Source: Antedon mediterranea (lineage: Eukaryota > Animalia > Echinodermata). Taken from it: a DNA stretch of 64,000 nt. Positions 1 to 15,000 of this stretch are shown in pieces; position 1 is the first letter of the stretch, and each line of letters opens with the position of its first letter. The translations under genes were made by a program, and so were the position numbers. The notes beneath the pieces are model-generated. The model worked only from the letters and a program-made list of their open reading frames with translations. It was not told where the DNA came from and did not search any database. The DNA lies in the NCBI RefSeq assembly GCF_964355755.1, contig NC_092676.1, positions 20,044,871 to 20,108,870 on the forward strand, given 5' to 3'.

Positions 1-2103
1 TGAGTATGGTGTCAGAAAAACTTCAGTCCACAGGTTGCAACATTTTTTGCCCATATATCAACAAAAACATCACCTATTAAATGAGGTGTCACAAATTGTA
101 CACATTGTGTGGAATGCTGAATTTCTTTTGGATGAATGATTATAGTTCGTTGATGAACTTTGATTCAAAATTAAATTTTGAAATAAAAAATTTTGTTTGA
201 AATGATTGAGATGTGTTGAGGGTCAGTGTCAAAAATTTAATGATAGATGAAGAAAAAACTACGCAATATTTCGATTTCTAAAGGTTTCTTTGGTGGATAA
301 CTTTTGAAATTTAACTTCATTACAACAATTTCTTTTTGCCTGTCGGGGCAGACCTTTTTAAGTCCAGTTGCCCAGTGTAAATTTTTGGTTGAACCTTGGA
401 CAACTGATTATGCGAGCACTGCTATCTGAATGATATAGACATGACAATGTTTAGGCTGTCACTATTACCAAAATACTGTAGGTCCACACTTAATGACTGT
501 ATGCATATCAAGGCCTAGCAGCTGTTGCGGACAGCCCCTGCAGTGTTGTCTTTGGGCTTGGTCACTCAATACTTGACCACTACCAATGGACAGGTCAAAG
601 TGAAAGGGCGGTTGTTAAATTAGTAAATGACTACCCACAGATTAGATCATTAATGGTTTGAATGGTCAGGCTATCATGTTTACCATAATTGGTAAAAAGG
701 TGAATCCAAAAAAGAAACAACGCAATTTAAAAACCAACAGAATAAAACAGGTACAGTTTATGAACTTGCTCGCAGGAAGGGAAGAAAATAGGGGAAAACA
801 GAAAAATGGAGGAAGGAAGAGGAAAAGAAAGGGAAGAAGAAAGGGAGAAAAAAAGGAAGCGAGAGGAAGGTGGAAAGGAAACTAGGAAGGAAGCTGGGAA
901 AGAAGGAGTGGTCAATAGCCTACTCTGATTACATTACTCATAAGATATGTTTCATAGTATAATAGTAGGGGACTTTCCAATCTATATATTTAACCTTCGT
1001 ACTGTACATCCATTGAACATATGTAGACTTATTATAGCATTGTAGATTAAGTTCAAATTTTCCAGACGGTGTTTCAATTAAGGTACTTGATGTATACAGA
1101 TACTGATACTCGAAACTGTACGATAATGTTGACATATTGTAAAATATTAATGATAGGTAAATATAAATTACTGTTAAGATTTAAAAAATCATATCACAGT
1201 CTTGAATACAATGCAGTGATGGAGCATGAAGGAAACCAACTGATAGTTAGCACTGGACTTGATCCTATATTCCACCAAGAAATTCTTATGGTTTTTCTCA
1301 ATTTTATGGCACCCGCCCTTAACATTTCCTACGTCCGTGCCAATGTTTAACAGTGATTTGGCAGCTAATTTGTTTAAATGTTTGTTTTCTAGGAGCATAA
1401 AACTTACAATATTTACACAAGATGTTTGAAATACACTGGATAAGTACCAGTCTGTGTTTCAAAAGCAGACTGAAAATATCCGACTTATGAGTACTGTATG
1501 CTGGCATTGGCAAACAAATCATTTATTGTTTTTGAACATTAAAGACCACCACAACTACAGGGTATCCTAATAATAAAATTACAATTAAACATAAAAATCG
1601 AAACACATTTCACTTTCTGATTGAAGATATGTCACAAACCAAACAGTGTTATAATATAGTACAGTAGTTTCACATTGCTTACAAATTCAGAATGTTGTGG
1701 ATCCAAAAGAATGAATATTTTCTGTTGTATGCAGAGCATTATTATGTATTGGCATCAAGAGCACCGCAAAGCAAAAATGATTGTATACTTACACTGCAGA
1801 CTCATTTACTAATTTAAGATGTACCGTATTTATACCTTTGTGAGATATTTGTTAGGCTTCTCTTTAGAATCTATATAAATTTACGTAAGGGCAAAATTCG
1901 GTAAATCGCGCGTTATTTCTAGAATGTTTACTCGATGGTATATAAAGTTGGTTAGAATCTCGGTACTGATTTTAACCACCTTATGTAACCCTGTTTACTA
2001 ATTACATTTAGTTAGCTCGCTTCGATCGCGTACCATCTAGTCACCATAATTTATCTAAGGGCTACTGTAGGGTCATAGTAACACAAACGTGGTCTTTAGT
2101 AAA

Positions 2104-2252
2104 AGCTCTGTCTATACTATCAAAGTTTATGTGACCAAAAAAAATGTGATGTGCCCATATATGAACATGATGATGTCATACGGTTACCACTACCATATTT
2201 GTGCACATCACACTTTTTTTTGTAAAACTAGTTTGATGGTGTAGACAGAGCT
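2104..2252. mobile_element. ~150-bp MITE family A (PIF/Harbinger-like), reference copy
   Basis: TIR AGCTCTGTCTACACTATCAAACT...AGTTTGATAGTGTAGACAGAGCT with TAA/TTA-type flanks; at least 12 copies in the window. Confidence 0.85.
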
Positions 2253-3882
2253 TAAAAGGAATTTACTGATCTGGATTTGAAATCTAATCACACAGTATAG
2301 TACAGCATGATACCTTCCGTGAAAAAAAAAATTATTGTTATTGATTTTACAGTGTAATGTTATTCAGTATAGTATGAATAATGCAAAGATTGAATTTTAA
2401 ATTAATTCAGTTTTTTTCTTAATACATCAATCAAAGAGCAGGTACCACCAAGTAATAGTTTTTCCAGGGTAGTATTGCCAAATGCTACACAATATCTACC
2501 TTACACATTCATGAAAAATGCTGTACAGTACAAACTATACTCCAATAATCAGCAGTTAAATTGCAAATGAAAATTTGTTATTAATGAAAATGCACCATTG
2601 GTAAAAGCAAAACATGGGCTGTGTTATAATACAATAATATACAACATTCTGTACTGTATACTGTGCTTGGACAAAAAATTAAAGTAGAAACTAAACGCAC
2701 TTTTAAGTCTGTTTCTTCCAGTGTTACTAGAAGGCACAAGGCGTGTTTGGACAATATTCACAACTGCCATAAATGGCACTTAGCATCTGTATACCTTCAG
2801 TTGATAAGCCCATTGGCACCATGGCCAAACCCCTTAAAAGCTCATAATACAGTGCAGGGCTAGACCCCTTGAGAAAAGCTGGTCTTGAGGATGAGCTTAT
2901 TATAATAATGTATGGAACAAATATCCCCACTTGTTATCAGTCTGTGATAATATCCACATGTACTACATATTGGACTTTGTAATATCATCACATTACTGCC
3001 CCACCAAAGTAAAACATGTGGTAAAACTCCTTCATGAAAGCAGTTGCAAATTATGCAAATATTACGATTCTATAATAAGCTATGCAAATATTGATTCAAA
3101 CATTCAAAATATTAAACAAATCTTCCTCTACTCTTTATCTTTTCCAACATAAGATGTACGTTGAACTTAAATTAATAATTCTAATATTCAATTTTCGTAA
3201 TGTAGCTTTTTTCAATTAAAAATTAAATCCTCTTAATGAATATAATGATCAATAATCAATATTAATTACGACATAATGCACCTATAAAGTATCTGCTTAT
3301 TCCTCATGGTATAACCAATGCACAGTTGAATTCTCAGGGTCAATAAAGGTCACAGTCATATCGTAATAACAATACATTATTAAATTATTATCCTGTTTGT
3401 TAAAAGAAAGCCGATCTTTTATGATGAAACAGTTAACAATGACAGTGATTTATAAGTAAAACCAGCAACAAACAAACATCCGTTACAGTAACTTACGTGG
3501 GGCTTTAACAAAGCCAAACAACTTTTAAGCCTATATAAGTGCTCTTAAATATCTATATTGGTTCTCATCTAACTAATTTAATTACAGATTAATCTGCTGG
3601 TAAAAAGTCAATCAATAATACTATTATTAAACTGTTGGTTCATGCACATTACAAGATGTACTCTAAAATACCTAAAATTCAACAATTTACAGAAAAAACA
3701 TTGAAGTTTAATTACTTGCTGACTTCTTAAGTAATATAAATCTTAAATGTTAAAAAAATTATGAAATCATTTGTAAAGTTTTGGGTTCAAATCAACTCTA
3801 GATCAAGATTTTATACGTACAGTACAATATAAAAGGATGCATTGTTTTGTAACTGGTTGGTTTTTGTATCCCATGCCAATGC

Positions 3883-5289
3883 TGGGGTAGCACTAACATT
3901 TCATTTTGTTTAGCCATTTGGCGAAAGTCGAAATATTTTTTTTAGTCAAATCAGTTTATCTATAGCCAAAATGGCTAAAGTCAAATTTTTTTATTTAGCC
4001 AAATGAATCGGTCATTAGCCAAAATTTAAAATTTTTGAAATATAGTGGTAAAAACATTTTAGTCAATTTATCTATGTCAACAGGTCTATACACTGTTCCC
4101 TGAACATTTTCGTAAGGCATTGAGATAAAGAACCATGCCTAAATCACTGTCACTGTATGATTAAAAAAAATATTTTTTTTGTATTTTTTTTACATGATCA
4201 AAACAATTGTTCAAACTGTTTTTAATCATACAGCATTTATACAGTTATCAATTTAATAAGAAACATTTTACAGTTTTCTAAAATCCCCTGAACGCTATGT
4301 TACTTTTGTTTTTTACGCTTGGCTGGTCATGTTTGCTTGTGACGGCTTAAATTGGGTATGCTCAAGAGGTGCGAAAGTGCAGAACCGCCGGCCTAGGCCT
4401 ACAAAATTATGTACAACAACGCAACGGTATATCGTATGCTAAAAATATTGAGGAAAATTCCTAGCAAACGAACACTCGTATCATTGTTAAACGTAAGATA
4501 ATATAGGCCAAAGCACAGAGTACACGTCTTTCCATCCCTCAAGGCTGCGCCGAAGCGTTTTTGTCAGGGCGAGAAATTTATCCGATTATTATTTATTTAC
4601 ACAACAACACAGAAGCCGGCGGCCGGCCCCGCTCAGATGCACGTGTGTGTTTAGCTAAATCCCCGTTAGACTCTACCATTTCCCGCATGTTGTTTTGTTT
4701 ACACTGACGCACGAGGGAAGTTTATTAAGGGTAAAATATGAAACTACATTAAATTGGAAGACTCTAAAATGCATAACGCATACATTTTTTATTTCGATAA
4801 GATTAAGACGTCATTCATCGAAGATACTATAATGTTTCTTTTTAATCTGAAAAGTACACCCCTATCGAAAAATAGACAATCCCGGTAATTAGCCGACCGT
4901 CGGCTACGTAGTCGATCGTTTGTGCAGCGCACAACACGTGATAGTTTGGGTAGACTTTATCATCCATGTGTCGTGTAACGTCTGTGCAGTCTACTTCTCT
5001 CTCTCTGCTATCTCCATCTTTTTGAAATAACAAAGAGACGCCTGGTACAACGAAACTAGTTGACGAAAAATGGAGCTTGAAGTAAACAACGTGATAACGA
5101 ACAAAATAAATGCTTGGAGATCGACAAATGGACCTTTTAGTTGGACTTTATGCTTTCGCCAAAATGATTATTTAATTATCTATTTTATGATATGTCATCG
5201 CCAAAATGGCTAAAGTAGCCGTTTTATTTTTCGCCAATCTAGAAACGTTTTCGCCCATGGCGACTTGGCGATCGGCCAGTGCGAGCCTA
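3883..5289. mobile_element. Probable ~1.4-kb non-autonomous hAT-like DNA transposon
   Basis: CpG-rich island in an AT-rich background; clustered TTCGCC/TTAGCC/GGCGAA subterminal motifs at both ends; degenerate TIR (ggggtagcact / agtgcgagccta); CAATGC on both flanks. Confidence 0.5.
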
Positions 5290-6493
5290 GCAATGCTAAC
5301 TATTTTATCCCATTTCATCAATTAATGGTACTATATTGCATGCTACTCTAGCTTTTTGTGAATAATGAGATTTAATATTATTGTCTCCACAAAAACTTGT
5401 TCTACCAGCCAATCAACAAATAAATAATAATCAAATTATTTCTTATTAGTTTAGTATTATTATATTCTACTATCCATCAATTTATCATTTAATAATGATT
5501 TTCTGCACATCATATTGTGTGAGATATATGCCAAGGTCATTTCATGTATCATGTATGCCAAGTATGTTAAATAGGCCAAGTTACAGTAGGACTTCATGTT
5601 GTGACATCACAACATACTAGCCACACAAAGACATGTAATTGAGTATGAATTCATACATTAATTTAGGACTTCACATTTACTGAAAAAAAATACTTATTAG
5701 AGCAAAATACTGTGCACTCATTACCAGTAGATATTTAAAAATGATTTCTCTTTTTTATGGAAAAGCAATAGTTTCCATAGTACTGTAGCTAATCTTTTAA
5801 ACATTAAATAGAGGTTTGCAAAAAAATATAATTAATAATACACTTTCATAATTGCCTTTCACTTTCGTATCATCACAAAGTTGTGCTAAAATAAACAAAA
5901 TGTATGTTTACAGTCACTACACAAAATGTCTTTAAAAACATCCTAAACCAACAAAGTCATCAACAACTAACTCAACATAAACTACACAAAATACTAAACA
6001 AACTTGAATAAAAGCAAAAGTATAAACTGACTGAATAATCAATTAATATATATTACTAAATTTTAACCCATCTTCTTTGAAATTGAAATGACATGATACA
6101 TCAATATTTAGTAGTAACACAATGGTACTGTATCTTTTGTGATGAAGAACTTTGTATTAATAATTAATAATTCATTTAAGAGGTAGATTGAGAAAATAGC
6201 TATTGGAACAGGAAACTAAACTGTATATTATTGTTGTTAAAACAATTTTAAACATACCATCAAAACAAAAATGTCTGCCTTAAATGCTAATAATAATAAT
6301 GAATCATAAAAATATAATAATCATTTCACACACTTGGTGTCTAGACCCAATGATGGCTGTACAGTACAATGTACATCAACCTACAGTACTACTACACAGT
6401 TTAGGTGGATGTCTGGCTTTCTATCTTCAATTCTACACTGTGAGACATCAACCACAACATTCCTTTTATGGAAGTCAATCATGTTTATTCTTA

Positions 6494-6654
6494 AGCCCTG
6501 TCTACACTATCAAACTAATTTGACAAAGATAAGTGTGATGTGCCTAAATATGGTAGTGACATGCCCAAATACGGTAATGGTATGACATCATTATGTCCAT
6601 ATATGGGCACATCACATTTTTTGATAGTGTACTGTAGTACTAGTAGACAGAGCT
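6494..6654. mobile_element. MITE family A copy
   Basis: Same TIRs and internal tgtgatgtgcc/gggcacatcaca palindrome. Confidence 0.8.
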
Positions 6655-9499
6655 TTACAGTTTTGAAAAAGTTGACAACATGAGTTGTTTTGCGAGTTAT
6701 TATTTTTTTGCAAGTTGTGTAACTACACTGGGCTGGGAGATTAAACAATAAGATAAGAAGAAATAAATAAAATAAGAACAACGACAGCGATCAACAACCA
6801 CTATCAACATCATTGTGTAGATTGTTTGTCCAACTTTACTACCAACAAAATAGATTATTACTGTAAATGTAATGAGCTCATTGTAGTACAAACCACTGTA
6901 CAATCCAATAATATTTTATTAGCCTATATTGAAAATAGTGAATGTTACTTTGAACTATGTACAGATTAAATTTAGTGTCTTTTGTTAGTTATGTTGATAT
7001 CCGGTTGATTTTAGATTGCGATTTAGTAAATTTGTCAACCTATTTAAAAATTATAAACCTATCAGTTTAACTGTGTATGTAAATTGATACAACAGTATAA
7101 AGTAAATATATCTGAAAACAGCAGCACTGTAAATACTAGATTATAGACTAGATTTGTGCCTTCATGAAAATAAATAAAAATCCATCTAATGGTTGTACAT
7201 AAAACGAGTAAGTATATTCAACTCTCCAAATACAGACTCTCTGAAAACTGAAATGAAAACTGGAAACTCTCTTAAAACCAGACTTTTCTAAAGTCTAAAA
7301 ACAAATTCTGAATAACAGATTTTCCGGAAAAATCATTAGGCCAGCACAAGTCTGATATATAACATAGTTCTGTATTGTATTTTATGGTAAATAAAACATA
7401 TTTTCATTTTTTGAACCAGCCATCCTATAATTAGGTAAAACGTACTACAGTACTTTCTAGCGAGATCACTGTTGATCGAATACAATTTCTGACTATTTTT
7501 CTTTTTCTTTTTGTAATAATTTAACTTTTAAGGCTTCATTTTGTAACTATGCAATTAGTACAAAATGGTTTATGTTTGTACTATACACAGCAGGCTTGGG
7601 AAGAAAATATCACAGGCTCATATCAATGTTTAAGATCTGCACTTTGAACATACTATTCTGGAACATTAAATTGGGCTAGAAAAGTATAATGAATAAAATG
7701 ATATAATAAAATAATGGCATATCAAAAGACAAAAATAAATTTATTTTTTAATTAGAGGCTGCTTGCTAGATAAACTAAACCTGTATACTGTACTTAACAT
7801 CAACGCTCACTTTTAAGTCATAATAAAAACCAAAAAGTCGTAATGTAATGTTAGTATCAGTTTTAAAATTATATATCAGTTAGTGCTTCTATTCCAATGA
7901 AGTATCATCATCATCATATCTTGATCATTAAATGTAAATACTGTACAATAAATGTAGTATATTTTAAGCTGTTGAAATATAAAGTAAACACTAAAGGTCT
8001 GTCATTAGATCATTAAGCACTAACATCAGATCCTACAATTGAAAAACACTTAATGCCATACATTATAATGTCATCAAACAAAATCACTATACACCAATGG
8101 AATTTGATGATGAACAAGCTATGGAGTATCCACTGCCATTCAAGCACAGACCGTTGAATTTCATCTCGTAATTAATGAGTTTCTCCAATTCATGTAACTG
8201 GATCTCCCTGCATACAGTTTCATGTAAATAAATTGCAAAATCTCATCTAACCTAGATAAATATTTGATTGATTGTTTACCTGGGAGATGTATACAGGACC
8301 ATGGCTATACAGCAATTAATGTATGTTATCATATGTGGGCATTAAATTTAAACTCCAAATTGGCATTGATGTCTTTCTTTCTATTCACACACAAATAAAC
8401 AGTTTACCAATCGTAAAGACCATTATGTGCAGTCAAAATATTTCTGTTATTCATACATTGTAATTCTTGACTTTACATACTATTACTGGTATGTTGTTAA
8501 ATGTTACATGATATTTTATTCTTTTTTAAAATTATTTTTTAACACACATTTTGAACAGGTACTTGCTTTATTTACTTAATATAAATGTTCATGATGGGGA
8601 GGAAAATCTGATATGGTTTGGCAAAACATAAGTGACTTTGTTTACTAAAACCTTTGATATTTAGATGAATGTATTTAATGTCCAAACTTTATCTCTATTA
8701 CTACTTTCCATTTAAAATATATACAGTATAAACATTTGTTTTATTCATTTGTGCAATCTCATCTCATCTCATCAATAAATGCAATTTAAAGTAAACGATT
8801 ACAGAAAAAACAAACAATGTAAACCCATCCTGTATCTGCTGTTTATAATCCAAGCATTTGCCATTTACTGGTAGGAGGAAGGGATCAACATCCTTTTATT
8901 GAACAAAAAAGGTTGTTAATAGTGGTCTCTCTGTACTACTCATTATTATTAATGACATGTTTTATGAAAGAAAAACAATAATAATTTATGTGACACATAC
9001 AATACAAAGTTTTTATATTATTAAAAATGCGTACACTACAGTATGTATTTAAAAACCTAAAATAAATGAAAAATATAAATTGTTATAAAAAAAAGGCACA
9101 TGATAAAATAATGTTTATTCACTAGAAAGAAACATAGTCTTAACTCTTAGGTTTAAATTAAGAAAGTGAATTCTAAATAAACCTCACTCAGGTCACGTCT
9201 TGGTCTAAAGAAGCACCAGTACGTACTGCAGTTGCAGGGCCTGACCTAACTCATTCATCAGGCACATAAGTTTACCTTGCTAGGCCTACTGCCACTAGCC
9301 TAGCTAGGCCTACTGCCAGACAGAGAAGGGCATGATTTTGTAATTTGCTTAGCAGTATGCAATCTGTTTTGAACAGAAAAACAACACCCGTGTGTAGTTA
9401 TCATGGATCTTTATTTAAGAAAATATATATTTACCTGAAATTTGTGAACCATAATCCAATATGAAGATATTCAAAATTATTTACTGTGTAAAGGCCCAG

Positions 9500-9620
9500 C
9501 AGTAGGTTCTCACCTTTCCGCAAAACCGTACCTTATGACCTGTGGTCCGACGAGAAATCGTCCAATCACTTTACGATAGGTTCCCATAAAGCCCGCCCTC
9601 TCAAAACAAACACTTGTTGT
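9500..9620 (-). promoter_or_regulatory. Possible promoter / first non-coding exon of an unidentified minus-strand gene
   Basis: Local GC/CpG rise, CCAAT at ~9562, GC box GCCCGCCC at 9591, and a strong minus-strand donor AG|GTGAG at ~9513. No coding exons recognised downstream. Confidence 0.3.
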
Positions 9621-9769
9621 GGTTTCAAATGCTCGTTAAATTGTGCAAATAATAATTTTTGATGACACAACGTTTAATGTAATTAAAATCAAATTTCCAT
9701 ATGTTAATGTACTTTTAAAAAATCACATAAAAGCATAAAAAAACGAAAAATATAAAACAATATATCCCC

Positions 9770-9910
9770 GAAACCTCGACAAAGAAATACTGGAAGGTGT
9801 CCAGCGGGGGTAGTTTATTACCATTAGTTAAGGTCCTATGTAAAGCACCTAGAGGGGTCGGTGATCCATTAGGCGCTATATAAATACTGTTTATTATTAT
9901 TATTATTAAT
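9770..9910 (+). repeat. 5'-truncated retroposon 3' tail (L2-like); second copy at 13153-13300
   Basis: Two ~140-bp near-identical copies ending gcgctatataaat...(tta)n. Confidence 0.65.
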
Positions 9911-12085
9911 GTTATTTAACCTAATTATTTGTAGTGATAAAGTGATGTACATGACGAGAAAATACGGTAATACTTTGGGAATCATAATCATTTTTATATC
10001 ATTATTAACCATATCACCATTATTAGTTTAATCATTATTTTCCAATCTGGTTTTCATTACTATGCCTACCATCATCAATAATATTTTTACAATATAGTTT
10101 TAACATTTATCAATATCATCAACATTGTTCTCATCCTTTGGCTATCATTTTAATATTTTCGTACAGATTGAAACTACTAATTCAGTAATTGATTATTTGA
10201 AATCTTATTTTTCCGATTTCTAGAAGAACTTCTATAGACTATACAAATGTTAATACGCACATTAACATTGGATTTAAAAACAATGAATTTTCATGAATAA
10301 AAGTAGACTTGCCCCAAGTCTGTATTTATTGTCTTTTTTTATATTTATTTGTTTTTATTTCGACCGCGATTTTTCTGTATAACTCAAGTAATACACGTAT
10401 GAAACGCCATATGTGCAAAAATATTTATATTTTTACTAATATTAAGACAAAACTCCGTCTGGAGCCCAGACTAGAATAAAAGTTGCAATTTATTATTTCA
10501 GTATAAACAAAAATCAGCAACTAATGTCTTAATTCGATTGCTTTACATATTATTATTATTATTTATTATTATAAGTCTGAAATTGAAATATATACAGTAA
10601 ATATAGCATAAATACATTGTAAAAACAATAATAATTCATTATCATTTATCACACCTGATTCAAGGAACATTTTCCTGTAATTTCCTGACATTTTAAAACT
10701 GTGACTAACCCCTATCTATAGGCTACAGGGGACATCACAATTAAGTTTATTTGGTTCTATTGCAATTATTTTATAGATTGGAATGCTTAAAGTCGAAAAA
10801 CATATTAATTAAACATTTTTCTATAAAATCTATAATCTATAAAAATACAATGGAAATAAAAATAATATACAAATAATAATAATAAATGCATTATACTGTA
10901 TTTAAGAACATTAATATAGATTGTCACATGATTGCTTTTTAAAACTAACCTTTAAAAAAGACCAGTATCCAAAAAAAAAAAAGTAATTATGTTATTTCCA
11001 AGATATCTAATCTATCTTTTAACACTTTTTCAAATTAATAAATTATGGAAAAGAAGTCGGTACTATAATGAAATTCATTATATGATTTTCCTTAATCATA
11101 GAATAGCCGACATATTAACACAAGTCTAGTTTCTAGAAGACAATTCTACTTTATAGTAGAAAGATAATCATTTTGGCACACACGGCATGTCATACATATA
11201 TTTCAATTGGAATCAAAACTCCAACTGGATGATACTAACAACATAAAAAGACAATAACAAGAGACTTAATACAGCAATTCAATATCAACATATCTTATTA
11301 TATAACAAAGCCAAGAGTGTTAAAGAGTCACTATCCAAATGAGTTTGACCAATCCCATGAAGTAGTCTACTGGTTAGAACATCATATCAAGCTGAAGGTT
11401 CCGTGTTCGAATCTTGGTTCGGACGACTTTTTTTCATTCTCAAATTTCCTCATAAATTAATAAATTTCAGTATATCACTGGGCGGTTTAGAAGTAATGTT
11501 CTTTGCCTGTGTTTATATACATGTTATCTGCGAGTCTGTCAAATCTAAACAAGATCTAAGATTATATACATCAATGCTTATTATTATTATCAAGAATTGA
11601 GAATGAATGCTTAAAGACACCTGGTAACTATTTCATTGCACTATGTATGTTACAATCAAAATACTATATATTGGAAATATCTATTATTGATGCATGCTTT
11701 ATAGTAGAAAATTTACAATAAGAGTAGCTGGGATTGGAATAAATCAAAGACAATGGCAGCACTGGTCAATGTCTGGGGTCAACAAACATTTTTCTTCTCT
11801 TTAAAAAAAAAATTGTATCAGTTGTGTCTATTTTTGTTTTGTTTTTTTATACAGTAGTTATTGAATCATGTACTGTAAATGATAACTTGTGTAATTAGTT
11901 TTATAGTAAGTAACGGCCTTGTGCAAAACACCAATCTGGTGATCCAAGTGTTGCATCCTTTTTTAAATAAAGTTGTTATAGTTACACTTGGATTGAAGTA
12001 CATTTAGCACAAACAGGTTTTTAATTTTCAATACTACTACTTTCTCCATCCTTACGATAAACAGTACAGGTAAAGTCGATTGCTG

Positions 12086-15000
12086 TTATAAACACACTGT
12101 AGTTGGCGGTGCGAAGTAAAACATGGATATAAGAATTGCGTACACTATCAGCAGAACAGATCCTACAGAATAAAAAAATAGCTAAACATTATTATTGATG
12201 AAATCAGATAAACACTGCACTTCTAAATGCTCAAAATGAAAATTTAAAATGTTCACTAAGCGATGGGAAAGCTATATTGAAATAAATTATTCAATAGAAT
12301 GAACGAGCGAGTGAGTGGTCGAGCGGTTAAGACAGTGGAACTGTAATTAAGTAGCCATAACATAGGCAAGGGTTTGAGGCTCACCCGCTCCATGGTTCTG
12401 GTGGTAGAACGAGTCTTCTCGGATAAGGACTATAAACCGTAGGTCCAGTGTACACATATAGCACATGTGCATTTTAAAGAACCTAGTACATCTTTCAAGA
12501 TCATAACTGGCCCTCTCGGAGGTCACCCAGTATAAATAAATAAAAAAAAAAAACAACTTACCTTGGAAATAATCTGACTTGCCATCAATAAAAGTGTAAT
12601 TCATGATAACTACACTTAATACCACGGACCATAGATGAATGTCATTAAAAACAAGTAAAAAACTCATGTCTTTCTGTAAAAGATAATATTAACACAATGA
12701 AAAGGTCAGTATTTCCCTAAAGCCTTGTTTACACTATTAAACTTTATGTGACAAAAGAATGTGATGTGCCCATATATAGACATGATGATGTCATATCACT
12801 ACCAATTTGGGCACATCACACTTTTTTCGTCAAACTAGTTTGATAGTGTAGACAGAGCTTAATACTATATCTTGCACACACCAATTTTTCATTGTTTTTA
12901 CTCCTCTCAAAATTTAGAAATATCAGCATTTTGTGAAAATTTAAATTGTGTTTAAAATTATAAATACAGTACGGCATGAATTACACCACCATCTTTTTCT
13001 CTTTTAGTATAAACACAGACAAATTTAAGCCCTAACGTCCTCTAAATCTCTATTAAATGGTCACAGATGGTCAACTTTTACATATACGAGCAGCAGCAAT
13101 AAGTGGTAAACGATGAGCAGAAAACAAAAATATAGAATCTATGTATCTATTTAAACCTCGACTAAGAAATACCGGAATGGTGTCCGGCGGGGGATAGTTT
13201 ACCACCATTAGTTAGGGTCTAATGTAAAGCACCTAGAGGGGTCAGTGATCCACTAGGCGCTATATAAATATTGTTTATTATTATTACTATTATTATTTAT
13301 TTCTTATGAGCATTTACACAAAACATAGAGCGGACATGCGGTTGAGCGAAAACCAGTTCAGGATAGATTCTAATTATACATGGGACAAGCACATGGGTTT
13401 TCCACTTATGGTTCGTCTGTGTAAATTGGTCTTTATGGTTAATGTTACTAGGTTTTAGAAGAATGTACTTACTATACTATTTGAAAGGACCAGAATGGGT
13501 ATCTGAAGAAGACACACTTGGACAGCAACTGAACTACCAATCTCAATGCTAGCATAAAAAAGAAAGAAGTTAATTAAAAATGATAATAAAGTACTAAAGC
13601 GTGGTTCTCACCTGACGCAACGCAAGGACGTATGTGCAGGGCAAGCGAGTTGTGCGTTTACCGTTCAATAGTGCTTACATTGCATGCAATGCGACCCAAA
13701 ATCGTCCAATCAAATGAGAAATTGATTCCCACTAGAGACGCATGTAAAGATGCAAAGGCAAGGCAAGCGAGTGAACCAATGACAAGTCACACTACAAATC
13801 CGGGTTTAAAATTTATATTTTCTACAGCAGTGAAGCAGAATGAGCGTAGTGAAATAAGGTCCTTTAGGAATAAGTGGAGTTATAATAACAATAATATGGA
13901 TTTATATAGCACTTACCACTCAAGAGTGCTCAAGGCGCATTATTCAATATATAATCTGGCTTAATAATACGCAATGTCTTTGGAAGGTCACCTTTCAAAT
14001 GAATGATGTTGTGAAAGTTTATGTTTCATTTAAATAAACAATATAAATTTTAACCTGGAGCTACCCTTTTAGGATGAACAGCCCCCAATTTTCTGGGGAG
14101 GGTATTTACACGTGAAATATATAATTGAATAAAATGATACAGTATATATTCTTACTGTACCTCATATTAATATTATTTTGACGAGCAAACTGAACACCGT
14201 TGAGTATTTCAGGTAAACTTGGGGCAAGAGCGAGAATAGTTCCGCCCAGAAAAAGCTGAAAAAGATAACATTTGATTAATTAAAATAAGTAAAATATAAA
14301 ATCTTTATTTAGTTTGGACATTGTAGTGTAGCGGTAGTTTGGTTAACAACATGGTTGTCTTCCAATCCCAAATTCCAGGGTTCATTCTTAACTTAGTGCC
14401 AGGATTGTTACAACATTCCCTAAACTGAAAATATACTACACTATCAAACTTTATCTGACAAAAAAATGTGATGTTCCCATATATGGACATGATGATATCA
14501 TATCACTACTATATTTGGGTATATCACTACCCTATTAGGGCACATCACAAGTTTGGTAGTATAGACCGAGCTTTAGTTTATCTATCCTGTAATTGCCAAC
14601 TTACTACCTGTTGGAAAAAGAACATTAAATAAACAGACATATGCATTTTGAAAATAAGATTATTGTTGGTTTTAAAGTCATGCCTATCAAAACTTACCTC
14701 CGACAATCCTGTAGAGCGGAGTAGAGGGTCGATGTTATCAGCCACTAAGTCAGCACATAACGACATACAGGTGACAGCTATTAATAGTATTATACAACTT
14801 TTTAACCTACCCCATAATACAATGGGCTTGTGGTGACCAGACCCTGCAAAAACAAAACAATATATGAAATAAAATCATGAAAATGTGAAAGGTAAGTGAT
14901 GTGAAGATGTCCTACCCAATCTGACCGATGACCAAACTATGTCATGTTAATTCATTGTGTGCATGCAAGGGTATTAGGACGTTTTTCCTCGACACAGTTT

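Noticed and set aside
658-915. Lys/Arg/Gly-rich ORF and its antisense Ser/Phe-rich ORF
   Set aside because: Low-complexity purine tract.
1839-2085. Possible solo LTR (TG...CA, TATA box)
   Set aside because: No TSD and no second copy in the window; insufficient support.
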